Assembly: GCA_029856155.1 (NCBI GenBank) | Contig: JAHQWL010000023.1 | Location: forward strand, 155,757 to 219,756 | Direction of reading: 5' to 3' | DNA: 64,000 bases | DNA from: Promethearchaeia archaeon | Lineage (GTDB): Archaea; Asgardarchaeota; Lokiarchaeia; Sigyniarchaeales; SOKP01 | Shown here: one piece after another, positions 40,501 to 48,895 of the stretch | Layout: every line of letters begins with the position of its first letter | Position numbering within the stretch: position 1 is the stretch's first letter | Made by a program: the position numbers and the translations under genes | The notes under the pieces: generated by a model | Databases searched by the model: none | Seen by the model: the letters and a program-made list of their open reading frames with translations, nothing else | What the model was told of the DNA's origin: nothing

Positions 40501-41408
40501 AGTCTTGAACCATAATAATAATCAATATAGAACTTGGATTTAAAAAAGAACAAGATGAATATTACTGTTAAAAAGGAATTATTTATCAGATCTAAACTCG
40601 AATACTGAATTCCTGATAAGCTATATGTAATAATAATACCAAAAGGCATTTGAATTAATAAGACAAAAATTAAGCTAATTATACAAACTACAAAACGTCG
40701 TTTAAAAGATGTTAATTCTTTTAAAATTGGACTTTTTTTAGCTATTGATTCATTGATTCCTTTAATTTGATTTTTAGTCCTTGTTAATGTGATGATGTAA
40801 AAGATTAAGTTGATCGTAAGAGCAAGAAGCCAAGATAGGTTAGTATAAGCAGTAAAAAGTAAAAAGATGATATGGATGATATGATTAATGCCTACAAAGA
40901 AATTGTATGGTTGTTTAATTAATAATTTAAAACTGCCTGCATGTTTGAATTCCCCTTCATTTAAGTTATAAAAATCAATTGGTTGGAAATAATAATAATA
41001 ATAAACAATACTATATAAAGCGGCATAACTAATAACTGGAAGGTGATAAAAGGAATCAAACGGTGAAATAAGTATAAAAATAGGAGTTGAAATGAATGAT
41101 AGGATTGAAATCAGAAAAAGAATATGAATTCTTGCAGTTAGATTATTCTTTTTATTCTGAAAAAATGGATTGTTTCTATATTTATCAAAAGCTTTATAAA
41201 AAAAAAGCAGTGCAAACATAAAACTTACTACTGATAAAGATAATGCAATAAATAAGCCTAACCCAGAAAAATTTAAAATTAAGAAAAAGACAATTCCAAC
41301 TATTAGGGGAGCAATAACTAAAAAGAATGAAAACCACCAGAATTTCTGAAGTACTTCTGTAGCTTTCCTAATCCGTTCTTGCGAGTTGTTACTATTTTCT
41401 ACTGTCAT
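31542..41408 (-). CDS. Giant (3288 aa) polytopic membrane protein of unknown function with internal repeats
   Basis: 9.9-kb uninterrupted ORF in very AT-rich DNA. Almost continuous hydrophobic helices with short K/E loops, and in-frame internal duplications. Confidence 0.85.
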   Translation of the reverse strand: MTVENSNNSQERIRKATEVLQKFWWFSFFLVIAPLIVGIVFFLILNFSGLGLFIALSLSVVSFMFALLFFYKAFDKYRNNPFFQNKKNNLTARIHILFLISILSFISTPIFILISPFDSFYHLPVISYAALYSIVYYYYYFQPIDFYNLNEGEFKHAGSFKLLIKQPYNFFVGINHIIHIIFLLFTAYTNLSWLLALTINLIFYIITLTRTKNQIKGINESIAKKSPILKELTSFKRRFVVCIISLIFVLLIQMPFGIIITYSLSGIQYSSLDLINNSFLTVIFILFFFKSKFYIDYYYGSRLDLYDKPEKVEESEELSPLLSSKYQKYNSYLSVILILLITLFSFLIQIPFLILIILPFIYVLLHYEQKYNLCSKRYNKSVVLLNSIAILIYLSFGIIPPIIETVLLNFMVFCISLYFVLQVFVKLEYFTKENVLVFQNLLAVASFTLLIYTFFPIIIVEYTTYTTEPFLILISNVLLHSLIISIIFLISQYVLGVRYFYGKSPKLFRIIVLINSFLVELFIFTLVLFRNYFLFEIFPFLQGILITAILFPIFFIFFLYINYSLHVFSLEYFLKLCYFTLWIFIVDFFVSLLIVSLLTTYYIIIPIDCSIASILYYFISKFGLKLERIDELKFKKRVKINSYLLTVELFSLFSFLFFSVFQTLSIFENIIYSTYLSLALVCIIINLFSKKEIFSEDLYLKVNTFILLYTSAIAFYFFLLLTLDNLYVIIVPLMVSNIIIYIPILYLRKKKLYPNLISKSILINSILLSTTISLIPTITGLELFFLGLYFDLIFLIMTMINFTLYILLLIFAINYQVFKKVTSEEKRTKAFLKFQVLIIFCIGITTIFYYPFILLTSTLYYYIILPLIFTSCFLYIPLFLSYKNEIFNIEGIKRAIILNTIILTGLFTSIPVLIGLNLFWLGLVYDFNIFVLNIINSSTYIFYAFLLILINLSKKLSVKDKFILSLNQLRIIILFSFSITTVFFYPFFLLINTLYYIVIPSILTSCFLYILLYYSYKTKIFKIEHIKRAIIINTIILTGLFTSIPVLIGLNLFLLGMVFNFNIFVLNILNFSIYIFHAFLLILINLSQKLKIKDKFISSLNQLKIIVLFTISITTIFCYPFFLLINTLYGIFIPIIALLFSWFFLFYYSYKQEYFNLEFVKKLTIYNFIIFSCLIISLPTIIGLELTRIGLGANIILIITITLFLFFSFVKISEVISVKIKLKEKYIKQFKLSELISWFLFTPFISYYIASIFIVELVFTPITSLILACCFLTFFILNIYTVELMSNYLPDYQNIKYFQDLGLYGIIISISFVFTFLGLTTGLFSFLIWWPTLLGISFLIGFFLVIFIIFLNVCDKQFQLSQTKIVSKLLSWLTVKIIISLSIISFIEFFGFLFSIINKIFLFSLTFTFLTPLSLLILEKLRFISSEKQLQLRKITLFVFIVSILSFYIEFLYSLISVIPIFYFIPFIHVSAIIANLILFLYYYSLRFNKIIEVKSVFELYKIYFLSFLLFLSLLYFNSESSIFLILISYLLILSQRSIITFFRFLSYFLLSYYAFLEVIVILSFYNVIIGFDIALTGFFIIIYLLSLCGVLVFSILLNIKKNNNLEKFYLYSVISLLSFVSLMNFTNILLLYNVTISLFLLLLFIGIFFYHHKDERYKWFIKPCVILFIFDLVSFLSYSWLFNNQIFGSYNPVLTFTITETITGFGFILLYNSSPARFRKRSFYIVLISIIVSFPTFLYFIIIASLAMPLFSLVPLIFAIDIGVLLYYISIGIYQWKISLAIWKSGWYAWNILPFVNFFIIYQSLTGIDVFTNSLRFGAFDASGSFILSIIICSLFFFPVVYSKIKKYFSTIVFVVWGESLFLLYWVSLNLFVSDLLLRNFSFIMFSVVLLMPLLAIFKYWKIISILWVFPLTFINATFLFFYLLSIGISLEMTISIDILVIGLFLIVYSFFPNIRSVGVVLISAYFITILGIFFTIYFILYLIILNPIFSLNISFLVIGFSLFSSKYVEVPKKFIDLCLSWILVINLSWFTFNTFSLFPGFFVFAFSLALTVFGCSLFIFNKYKMRISINKIIPFLIVAFGTSSSITSLTYIIFNATPGVLISTFSSVFTIFLYFIFIEYRYILWFIIPIPITTPILEALLTFEVIRPFWLLTWAMIYLFTFQIIINLFKNTVKDETAEIKNSILKIYHDRNQVKWLNLTCFFLNSIFFSIFFAIIIPYLLLYLIFSNILLVYQICNFLIIWPMLFLFCMKYIEKSELDIKIKDILRYFSKISSIFYLLIPIALWINIFLYLVFVNSSLLITIYIVLLVVSGLVFIEVSFIDRKFLLLLLTSSRNKFTLWSWIVFSNILSLFLYLYHSNFFLLVLTISLLGLISLYFLSYLDISKQMITKGRLILIYNSFIWSSFYLASLISNGLILIFEELIGFAYYSLLFQNSSFILYLLSVSFVRIEKDIKNRIEFSLFIIFQGLLAINLIYIFILYGILNFFSVNLIIFIEVCLSFISVYYFNFILAEQKYPNFLLKMHSILFLIFYCEISIMIYGLLSGVIGIYESIIVSLSVLLIFTSLDIYSIKKIKEGYARLIHTITFLTISVMTFLILYDYISQYPFFLGLGIFIFIIMQFYTNYSLFKSLENLYPKGQVTLKKDQKAIQQLIGTGFYSTICIFLAQILIFQRVEILLILLILSLVIHGLMIVDKFLFKFLGKIVNYIQVISWVSIMTFTSTYLIWLYSTYFVAFFYTVIPIIVIILILEFAYLTKLLAFWSFVASNKEKIRFLLILISYLNFITWPLYFASLNLLHTLNLTLASFFIMFLITLIDNILKEDFRKSLRSFSILIIGGLLSIDSFLLLNSIPNFNIFLNLTISSLVIHVLMLIDSYLLKFIGKFTNSIKVFSWFLIMIFTSVYLTWLYSTFYLTFSPTVIPFIIFILILEFAYLFKLSVSWKLVASNKERIKFYLIISTYLNFITWPLYFASLNPFYVLNLALASFFIMFFLSLIDTVLKEDFRKSLRSYSFLIIGGLISIDLFFMFQFILVLDIFLNLSVSSLVFVIFLGIKIKPFKGHSAGALIFWIVIFLLLSSIIYHISLSFIITGIFFAFTVLIYPFIFLLEELRALINKIIEALTRFFTHLRILIKNMFIRIFVFFKKQFKYIWILISACLAVFIGIIFSDSILGLLNPYHSIILIFPIFGIIYSLKPSEKTEDVNIMFRRRMVRLVISWGSTIIIMFTFIPAEWYVFTTWISIWILGAILLPYIIFKEKNESISIKWRFYTLIILISLLILFGIIVAIQFL
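32330..33360 (-). repeat. 537-bp (179-aa) direct duplication within the giant membrane protein
   Basis: aaagaagcaaaatataaaggccaagttataaaatt at 32491 and 33028. YLNFITWPLYFASLN and LKEDFRKSLRS each occur twice. Confidence 0.9.
38010..38830 (-). repeat. 402-bp (134-aa, about 4 TM) tandem duplication within the giant membrane protein
   Basis: IKRAII.NTIILTGLFTSIPVLIGLNLF occurs twice (nt 38299 vs 38701), with more diverged copies on either side. Confidence 0.9.
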
Positions 41409-41699
41409 CGCCCAACATAATTATAGTTATATCGTGAGTTTAATAAAAATATTAATTTATAAATATAATAGGTTATATTTACTAATGTATTAAGCTCATT
41501 TAAAAGGTTTTATCATACGCATTGGTAAGTTTTAAAAAATGGTTGCAGAATTAGTATTTTAGTGGTAAAAATTTATAAATTATATATGAATCTCTTGTTT
41601 TAAAAATAATTGGAAAAAAGAAAAAGCTCAAAGCTTTCTAATGATTTAGAAAATTCAATAATAACTTTTAATTTAGTTTAATAGGGAAAAATTCATTGA

Positions 41700-43022
41700 T
41701 TATTTGAAGTTCGGTAAAAAGCCTTTTTGTATTTCACTCATCTCATCAAAGATGTTTTCTGCCATTTCAAAACTTCCCACATTCGGATCGATGGCTAAAC
41801 ATGCGATCGCAATATCCTTAGATTTATTAAGAACTGCTTCAATGCACAAATCCTGAATTGTGGCTTCTATACGAAGTATTGCTGCAATATTTCTTGGTAA
41901 TGATCCTATTTTCACACCATGAACACCATTTTTATTGACTGTAGCTGAACATTCTAAGATTAAATCTTGTGGCAAATTATCAACTAAATTATTGTTAGGA
42001 ATATTCACAGCAGTTTCATATGAATTTGTATCATTAATTATTGCTTCAATTATTGGCACAGCTCTTTCTCCTGAGGGTGCTGTAGATAACATTCCTTTTT
42101 TCGGATATTTACCTCTTTTAAGTCTTTTATGCTTATTCAGATATCTTCTATACCGAAATTGCCCTTCTTTATCTATGAAATTTATCCAATCTATCATATC
42201 CTGAGTTTCAGTAAATTCTTCGCCAAACTGGAGGTATTCTCCTAGATGATTATCCCCTACATAAGGAAAATATCCAAATTTCTTAAAAACTTCAAATGTA
42301 AGTGTTGAGAACTCAAATCTTTCTTCATTTTCGGTAAAATAGCTCAAGGCATTACCCTTAAAAAAAGGAATTAAATCGTTCCCTGTAGATAAATCCTCTA
42401 AACCTAATAAAAATGCAAAATGATTAAGCCCCGCAGCTTTCATTTTTAACTCATTAATGGGCTTATTAAATAATTTAGGTAAATGCCTTATCATAAACCC
42501 TATTTGATGGCATAAACCAACGAATTTCATTCTTTTTACACTTCTTTTAATTGCCAAGCAAACACGAGACATTGGATTTGAAAAATTAATCAAAAACGCA
42601 TTAGGACAAATCTTTTCAGCATCCTTGACTATCTCTACAATTGGGGGAATTATTCTCCATGCATGAAAAGTACCACCCGGTCCCCCACATTCCCCTAAAA
42701 TCTGTGTTGAACCATGTTTTCTTGGTATCTCATAATCTTGGCGCCATAATTTCATTCGATCTCCAACTTCTATTGAATTGATTATGAAATCAGCACCTTT
42801 TAAAGCTTTAGACCGATCAGTTGTCCGTTCAAGACTAAATTTATTATTATGCTTTTCATTTTCAGCTATTAAAAGTTCATAAATAATTTCTAACTTTTCT
42901 TTATTAATATCGTTAAGAACAATTGTTGAGCCTTCTAAAACATCACTTAAATAAATATCATTAAACATAGGAGGCCCAAATGAAGTTGAGCCCGCTCCAA
43001 TTAAAACAATCTTTTTATTCAT
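41700..43022 (-). CDS. Glycoside hydrolase family 4 (NAD+/Mn-dependent alpha-galactosidase/glucosidase, MelA-like)
   Basis: KIVLIGAGSTSF, ALKGADF, GECGGPGG, NFSNP, GLCH, GLNHF. Confidence 0.92.
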   Translation of the reverse strand: MNKKIVLIGAGSTSFGPPMFNDIYLSDVLEGSTIVLNDINKEKLEIIYELLIAENEKHNNKFSLERTTDRSKALKGADFIINSIEVGDRMKLWRQDYEIPRKHGSTQILGECGGPGGTFHAWRIIPPIVEIVKDAEKICPNAFLINFSNPMSRVCLAIKRSVKRMKFVGLCHQIGFMIRHLPKLFNKPINELKMKAAGLNHFAFLLGLEDLSTGNDLIPFFKGNALSYFTENEERFEFSTLTFEVFKKFGYFPYVGDNHLGEYLQFGEEFTETQDMIDWINFIDKEGQFRYRRYLNKHKRLKRGKYPKKGMLSTAPSGERAVPIIEAIINDTNSYETAVNIPNNNLVDNLPQDLILECSATVNKNGVHGVKIGSLPRNIAAILRIEATIQDLCIEAVLNKSKDIAIACLAIDPNVGSFEMAENIFDEMSEIQKGFLPNFK

Positions 43023-43428
43023 CTTTCTCAAAAACCATATTGTTAGTAGACAACCTATTATTTTGATTAAACGTATGATCTATTTAATAGATTTTTATAG
43101 ATTACAATAATCTGATAAATGGGTTTTTTCACAATAATCTAACAAATGGGAATAGAATGGGAAGATTTATAAGGTGATCCTAACTTAATTTAAATAATGA
43201 GTTTTTCACAATATACTATGGATTATTGGTATGGGATACATACTATAGTATTTCCTTTAATCCGTAGTATTAAGAGAGAATAAATCAAAACTCTTGACCT
43301 TTTTCATATAATTTTTTTTGATTTGTTCTCTTTTAACATTACATCTCATTGAATCTTATTTGAAATAGGTCAATATCAGATTTAACTCTCCCAGTGAAAG
43401 ATTCAAATAAAAAAGGAGGTGAAAAAAC

Positions 43429-43608
43429 CTGGGAAAAGAATCAGATAAAATGGATCTGATATTAGATTATTATAAAGATTGGGATTCTTATAATGCTCCA
43501 GTAATGATGGCCCTAGACGTCCCAAATGAATTTTCAGAAAGTCTTGAGGCTGAAGATGAGAAAAGATTGAAGGCATTGAGAGTAAAAATGAGCAAAAAAC
43601 TGGGGTAA
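43429..43608 (+). CDS. Putative 59-aa small protein (CTG start, or ATG at 43450)
   Basis: Perfect GGAGGTGA at 43415-43422. Frame reads (L/M)GKESDKMDLILDYYKDWDSYNAPVMMALDVPNEFSESLEAEDEKRLKALRVKMSKKLG. Confidence 0.6.
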   Translation: MGKESDKMDLILDYYKDWDSYNAPVMMALDVPNEFSESLEAEDEKRLKALRVKMSKKLG

Positions 43609-43656
43609 AAATAACAACAATCTTTACTATATTTATAAATCTTTTTTTTAAATTTT

Positions 43657-44847
43657 TTAATTTATAATTTTTGTAATTCTTTCTATTGCTTCTAAGATTC
43701 GTTCTTTGGATTGAGTTAAAGCAAATCTAACAAATCCTTCTCCATATTGACCAAAACCTATTCCTGGTGTAATTACCACCCCAATATTAATTAATTTTTT
43801 TACAAATTCCATACATCCGATATCTCTATACTTTTCAGGAACTTGCGTCCAGACATAAAATGTTGCCTGGGGTTTGTTTGTTTTCCAGCCAATATCATTC
43901 AATCCTTTAATAAGGAGATCTCTGCGTTTTTCATATATTTCAACTGTATTTTGTACAATGTCTGGTTTTTTATTTGAATGATATTCATCTAATCCTTTAC
44001 ATACCGCTCTCTGTATAAACTTTGGGCAACCAGAATCAATTTGAGATTTAACATTTCTTAATCCTTTAATAATATCTCTATTACCAGCAACCCAACCACA
44101 TCTGAATCCTGTCATATTAAACATTTTAGATGCACTATTAATCTCAACATGATTCTGATCTATTTGTAATACCGATGGAGCAATGTAATCCCCAAAAGTA
44201 AACTCTGAATAAGGATTATCATAAACAATAAAAAAATTATAATCTTCTGCGTAATCTACTGCTTTTTTTAAGAATTCCTTCGGAGCAATTGCACCAGTAG
44301 GGTTATTTGGGTAATTTAAATACATCAATTTAGCTTTTTTAAGAATTTTTTTATCAATTGCATCTAAATCTGGCAAAAACTGATTCTCTCTTAACAAAGG
44401 CATTGAAAATGGTTCTGCATCACACAATTTTGTTGCTCCATTTTCGTAAACTGGATATCCCGGATTTGGACAAAGAACAATATCTCCCGGATTTATAAAT
44501 GCCCTTGCAATATTGGCAACGCCTTCTTTTCCTCCAATCACATTAGAAATTTCGTCCTTTGGATCCAAATCCACATTAAACCTAACCTTATACCATCGCG
44601 CTACCGCTTCCCTAAAATCTTCTTCGCCCATACTCGCGGGATAATTATGATTCTTAGGGATTTTTACTTGTCTTATTAATTCATTAATGATTATTTCAGG
44701 AGTAGATAAATCAGGATCTCCAATACCAAGAGGAATTAAATCTTTACCTTCCTTTCTTTTTTCTGATAATAATTGTTCAATTTCTACAAAAATATATTTT
44801 GGGAGTCTTTTTACTCTCTCAGAAAATTCTAATTTAATGTAAAACAC
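43657..44847 (-). CDS. dapL: PLP-dependent class I aminotransferase, LL-diaminopimelate aminotransferase-like
   Basis: LGIGDPDL, GGKEG, PNPGYPVY, LNYPNNPTGA, DNPYSE, SASKMFNMTGFRCG, GEGFVRFAL. Start uncertain (GTG 44847 or ATT 44838). Confidence 0.8.
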   Translation of the reverse strand: MFYIKLEFSERVKRLPKYIFVEIEQLLSEKRKEGKDLIPLGIGDPDLSTPEIIINELIRQVKIPKNHNYPASMGEEDFREAVARWYKVRFNVDLDPKDEISNVIGGKEGVANIARAFINPGDIVLCPNPGYPVYENGATKLCDAEPFSMPLLRENQFLPDLDAIDKKILKKAKLMYLNYPNNPTGAIAPKEFLKKAVDYAEDYNFFIVYDNPYSEFTFGDYIAPSVLQIDQNHVEINSASKMFNMTGFRCGWVAGNRDIIKGLRNVKSQIDSGCPKFIQRAVCKGLDEYHSNKKPDIVQNTVEIYEKRRDLLIKGLNDIGWKTNKPQATFYVWTQVPEKYRDIGCMEFVKKLINIGVVITPGIGFGQYGEGFVRFALTQSKERILEAIERITKIIN

Positions 44848-44976
44848 CCTACTTTTAAAAATAGATTTAGAATATGTGAAATAAATCATTATAAAATGTT
44901 AAAAATTTTTCGAAAAAACTGTATAAAACAATTCAATAAGTAAAAGGAATAAAAAAAAGAAAAAATTAAGAGTCTA

Positions 44977-46290
44977 TTATTTACTTCTTTCAGTATTTAT
45001 CTCATATTCATTAGGATCCAATGTTTTGAAAGGAATTAAATCTATGTTTATAACAATAGCCATAACCAAGAAAACAATAGCATAAATCCAAAATGCTTGT
45101 AACCCTGCTAACACTCCAATTAATATACTCGTTAGTTCCAATCCTATTGTTGACCCTAAATTAACAAATGAATTGCATGTCGCGTAATAAGTACTGTCCA
45201 TTTCAGGATACAGCTGTGATTCTTGACCTATCACAGCAGAAAAAGCAGAATTTCTCCAACCCGCAGAACTTCCTAGTAGAAACGCAAATATTATTAATAC
45301 TGGCCAAACAATGGGTATCATAAATAACAAGAAAGATATTGATGTTATAATCAATGAGATGTAAACACTTCGTTTTCTGGATCGTAAATCTGCCATCCTT
45401 CCTCCAATAATAGCCCCAGTAATAACCCCTAAACCAATGATGAAAGCAACAAAAGCTTGTGGTGCATATAGCTCTTGTTGAGTAGGATCACCAATAAGAT
45501 CCATTGAAGCACCAGCAGCACCAACTAATCCCCATTGAATAAGTATAAAAAGAGGGATGAGCACAAATACTACTCCATCACAGAAAGCATTAAATAAAGA
45601 GAAGATATATACTTTCCAATTTTTCCGTTTGCCAAAAATTATCTTAAGATTCTCTTTGGCATTGACTTTGATAGTTTCTATTCTTTCTTTAACAATCAAT
45701 GTTGTAAAGGAAAAACCCATCATTGCAATCCCTAATCCTATGAAGATCATTTCTGTGGTTCCTCCTGTCAGTAATATCAATACTACTAATAATGGTCCAC
45801 CAGCGATTATTCCTACAGATCTAAATCCCCAACAAATTCCTTGTACCCGTCCAAGTCTTTCTTTAGGATATAAATCTAAGATTAATCCATCAATAGCAGT
45901 ATCAGCCATCGCGACTCCAATTACAATTACAATCCCTAAAATGGTTACTAAACTCATAGCATTGTTAGGTGTTAATATAAATGGAAATATTATCCAAATT
46001 AAACCTGACAAAAATGATGCCCCAATTATCCATGGTTTTCTCCTGCCCAAATTTTTGAATCCTATTTTATCTGACAAGATTCCATAAATAAATTTTACCC
46101 CAAAGGGAAGAAGGATGATTGACATCATTGAAGCGATTTGTCCCGCATCTACGGGAGCAGGCGACAATAAGTAAAACAGGTATATTGGAATTATTGTTGT
46201 AAACATCGATTGGTTAATTCCTTGTACAAAGTAATTAAGCGAAAAAATTCCTATATATGATCTCTTTAATTCTACATCACGAATTTCCAT
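44977..46290 (-). CDS. MFS transporter (AmpG/BT1-like)
   Basis: About 12 TM, LPFGVKFIYGILSD, GRRKPWI, DTAIDG, GGRMADLRSRK. Confidence 0.88.
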   Translation of the reverse strand: MEIRDVELKRSYIGIFSLNYFVQGINQSMFTTIIPIYLFYLLSPAPVDAGQIASMMSIILLPFGVKFIYGILSDKIGFKNLGRRKPWIIGASFLSGLIWIIFPFILTPNNAMSLVTILGIVIVIGVAMADTAIDGLILDLYPKERLGRVQGICWGFRSVGIIAGGPLLVVLILLTGGTTEMIFIGLGIAMMGFSFTTLIVKERIETIKVNAKENLKIIFGKRKNWKVYIFSLFNAFCDGVVFVLIPLFILIQWGLVGAAGASMDLIGDPTQQELYAPQAFVAFIIGLGVITGAIIGGRMADLRSRKRSVYISLIITSISFLLFMIPIVWPVLIIFAFLLGSSAGWRNSAFSAVIGQESQLYPEMDSTYYATCNSFVNLGSTIGLELTSILIGVLAGLQAFWIYAIVFLVMAIVINIDLIPFKTLDPNEYEINTERSK

Positions 46291-46469
46291 AAGAATTTCC
46301 AATTTTAGTTTTATTTTAATGTTTTTTGAAAGATATTATTATTATTCTTATTTAATCCTTTTAAATATTAATAAAAATAGATAAAGTGAGAAAACAAAAT
46401 AGTGCTTTAATAGTTTTATCCTATCCTTGTAGTTAGATCTTCTTTAACATATAAAAAGTAGTTTCTTTT

Positions 46470-46640
46470 TTAGGTAGGATAATCTTTCCTTATCTGGAGT
46501 TCCCGTTTATAATGCTTTATTTGGTTTCTTATAAACCTAAGAGGTCTTGGTGGTATGCGGTTACCATATCTATATAAATGATCTTCCAAAAGATTAATTG
46601 AGAGCTCCAATCTATTTATTCTTGTTTGGATATCACTCAT
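46470..46640 (-). CDS. Small helical-hairpin hypothetical protein
   Basis: MSDIQTRINRLELSINLLEDHL...RFIRNQIKHYKRELQIRK, two amphipathic helices in an intergenic position. Confidence 0.55.
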   Translation of the reverse strand: MSDIQTRINRLELSINLLEDHLYRYGNRIPPRPLRFIRNQIKHYKRELQIRKDYPT

Positions 46641-46862
46641 AATGAAATTTTCACTCAAACCCTATATTAGTTTTATTATCGATTTAAGAAATCCTAATTA
46701 AAAAATTATGAGAGTCTTAAAATTTTATGGATTCTTGCTATGAATAGCTATTTATTCAATCATAGTTTCTAAGTTAGACATACTCATAATATAATTAAAT
46801 AATGAATTTTTTTATCAATTAGGAAATTTATGAGGAATTATTTAAATTAGGTCAAATATAAA

Positions 46863-47960
46863 ATGACAGATAAATTCTGGTATAAAGTAGCAAGGACTGT
46901 TATAAAAGCAGGAGTATTTCCCGTACCTATTAGTGACCTGTTGATTGAATTATTACAAACTCTAATAACTGAAGAACACGCAAAATTTATTTTAATATTT
47001 AAAAAACCTTCTATGACATTTGACGAAATTAAACAAAAAATCGAAATAGAAGAACAAGAGATCATTAAAATGCTTGATAATTTAATGTATAATGGTGTCA
47101 TCGTGGGTACGCGAAGTAGAAGTACAGGAGTCATGGTTTATCGTTTAATGGGTTTATATCCCGGCATTTTTGAATATACTTTTCTACGGGGGGGAACTTC
47201 AGAAAGAGAAAAAAAATTAGCAGTATTATTCGAAAAACTTTTCGGGGAAATAACTAAAGGAACTCAAAAGAATTATGATAGTATAATAGAGGTGTTCAAA
47301 AATTTACCACCAACCGACAGAACACTTCCCGTTGAAAAGGAAGTAGAAGTAGGAACTGAAACAGTAATGCCATTCGAAGAAATTAAAAAATATGTTGAAG
47401 AATACGATGATATTGCCTTAGTTCATTGTTATTGTCGCCACGCAAAAGATCTTATTAATGATCCATGCAAATTAGGCGCGTCCAAAAACAATTGTTTCCT
47501 TTTTGATAAAAGTGCGATATATGGCATAGAACAAGGATTTGGCAGACCTGTCTCAAATGAAGAAGCTATCAAAATATTAAGAGAAGCAGAGAACGAAGGA
47601 TTAGTTCATAAAGTATTTCACGTTCATTCAGATACGAATAGAGGAATTGAAGCAATTTGCAATTGTTGCAAGTGTTGCTGTGGGATGATAAGCATGTACT
47701 ATCGAGGTGCAGCACCAATACATACTATGTCATCTTATTTAGCACATGTTGATGAAGATATTTGCATAGGTTGCGGAACTTGTGTAGAAAAATGTCCCAT
47801 GGAAACAATTGATTTAGAAGATGGTATCGCCATTGTTGATGAAGATAAATGTATTGGATGCGGAGTATGTGCTCATCATTGTCCTGAGGAAGCTATCCAT
47901 CTTGAAAGGACTGGTCCTAGACATGTATTTATCCCCCCTAAGAAAGTTGAAATAGAATAA
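46863..47960 (+). CDS. Fe-S protein with N-terminal helical/wHTH-like region and C-terminal 2x[4Fe-4S] ferredoxin domain
   Basis: HCYCR, ICNCCKCCC, CIGCGTCVEKCP, CIGCGVCAHHCP. Confidence 0.88.
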   Translation: MTDKFWYKVARTVIKAGVFPVPISDLLIELLQTLITEEHAKFILIFKKPSMTFDEIKQKIEIEEQEIIKMLDNLMYNGVIVGTRSRSTGVMVYRLMGLYPGIFEYTFLRGGTSEREKKLAVLFEKLFGEITKGTQKNYDSIIEVFKNLPPTDRTLPVEKEVEVGTETVMPFEEIKKYVEEYDDIALVHCYCRHAKDLINDPCKLGASKNNCFLFDKSAIYGIEQGFGRPVSNEEAIKILREAENEGLVHKVFHVHSDTNRGIEAICNCCKCCCGMISMYYRGAAPIHTMSSYLAHVDEDICIGCGTCVEKCPMETIDLEDGIAIVDEDKCIGCGVCAHHCPEEAIHLERTGPRHVFIPPKKVEIE

Positions 47961-48002
47961 ATTATTTTTAAAAATTCAATTCTTTAATAGGAGATTCTAT
48001 TT

Positions 48003-48884
48003 ATGGTTGTCCGTATATCGTATCATTGTAACACCCAAATTTTAGAATGGGAATGGGCATCTGATAATGAGTTAATGCCTTATCCCTATTTCACTTCTTG
48101 TTATTTGATAGATGGCCTCCTTATAGACTCTGGTGCTCCAGGTGGAGAGAATGATCTAAGAGAATTTGTTAAATCTCTTAATCAGGATCAAATGATTGAC
48201 AAATGCTTTATCACTCACACACATGAGGACCATGCTGGTGGTGCTCATATGTTAAATACAGAATTTGGAATTCCAATATTTACAAGTCAAAAAGCTATAG
48301 ATCTTTTAAAAAAAGGTAATAAGTATCCTGAATATCGGCAAGCAGCATGGGGACCAGAATTATTACCTATTAATGCTAGAATTATTGATAAACCAATAAT
48401 TACAAAATCAAAAAACTTTAAATTTGAATTATTTCCTATGACTGGACACGCTCCAGAATTAGTTGCCCTAATTGAAAAAACTAAACAATGGGCTTTTGTA
48501 GCTGATGCTGTACAGCCAAAATATAAAATGATATTTGGAAAGAATAGTGATATTCAGGAGGATATCTCATTAATATATCAATCTCTTTCTAAATTATATG
48601 ATTTTACAGAAGGTATGGATCATTTATTAATCTTCTCTGCTGGGAATGGAGTAATGCAAGGGAGAGAAATTATATTGAAAAAAATGGAAGAGATTGAAGA
48701 TTTAAATAAAAATGTTCATGATTATTATAATCAATTTCAGGAAAATGGATATTCTGAAAAAAAATTAATAAGAAAAATAATAAAAAAACTCTTAGGAAGG
48801 GAAAGTATCATAGGTCAATTAACTCAAGGTGACCTTTCACGAGAAAATCTGATTATTTCCTTGCTTAAATGGAAAAAAAGGTAA
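48003..48884 (+). CDS. Metallo-beta-lactamase fold hydrolase
   Basis: LLIDSG, THTHEDHAGG, TGHA, VAD. Confidence 0.88.
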   Translation: MVVRISYHCNTQILEWEWASDNELMPYPYFTSCYLIDGLLIDSGAPGGENDLREFVKSLNQDQMIDKCFITHTHEDHAGGAHMLNTEFGIPIFTSQKAIDLLKKGNKYPEYRQAAWGPELLPINARIIDKPIITKSKNFKFELFPMTGHAPELVALIEKTKQWAFVADAVQPKYKMIFGKNSDIQEDISLIYQSLSKLYDFTEGMDHLLIFSAGNGVMQGREIILKKMEEIEDLNKNVHDYYNQFQENGYSEKKLIRKIIKKLLGRESIIGQLTQGDLSRENLIISLLKWKKR

Positions 48885-48895
48885 TTAAATTGAAT

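Noticed and set aside
45557-46087. 176-aa plus-strand ORF (likewise 60835..61290)
   Set aside because: Antisense to well-supported MFS and ABC permease genes, with no motifs of their own.
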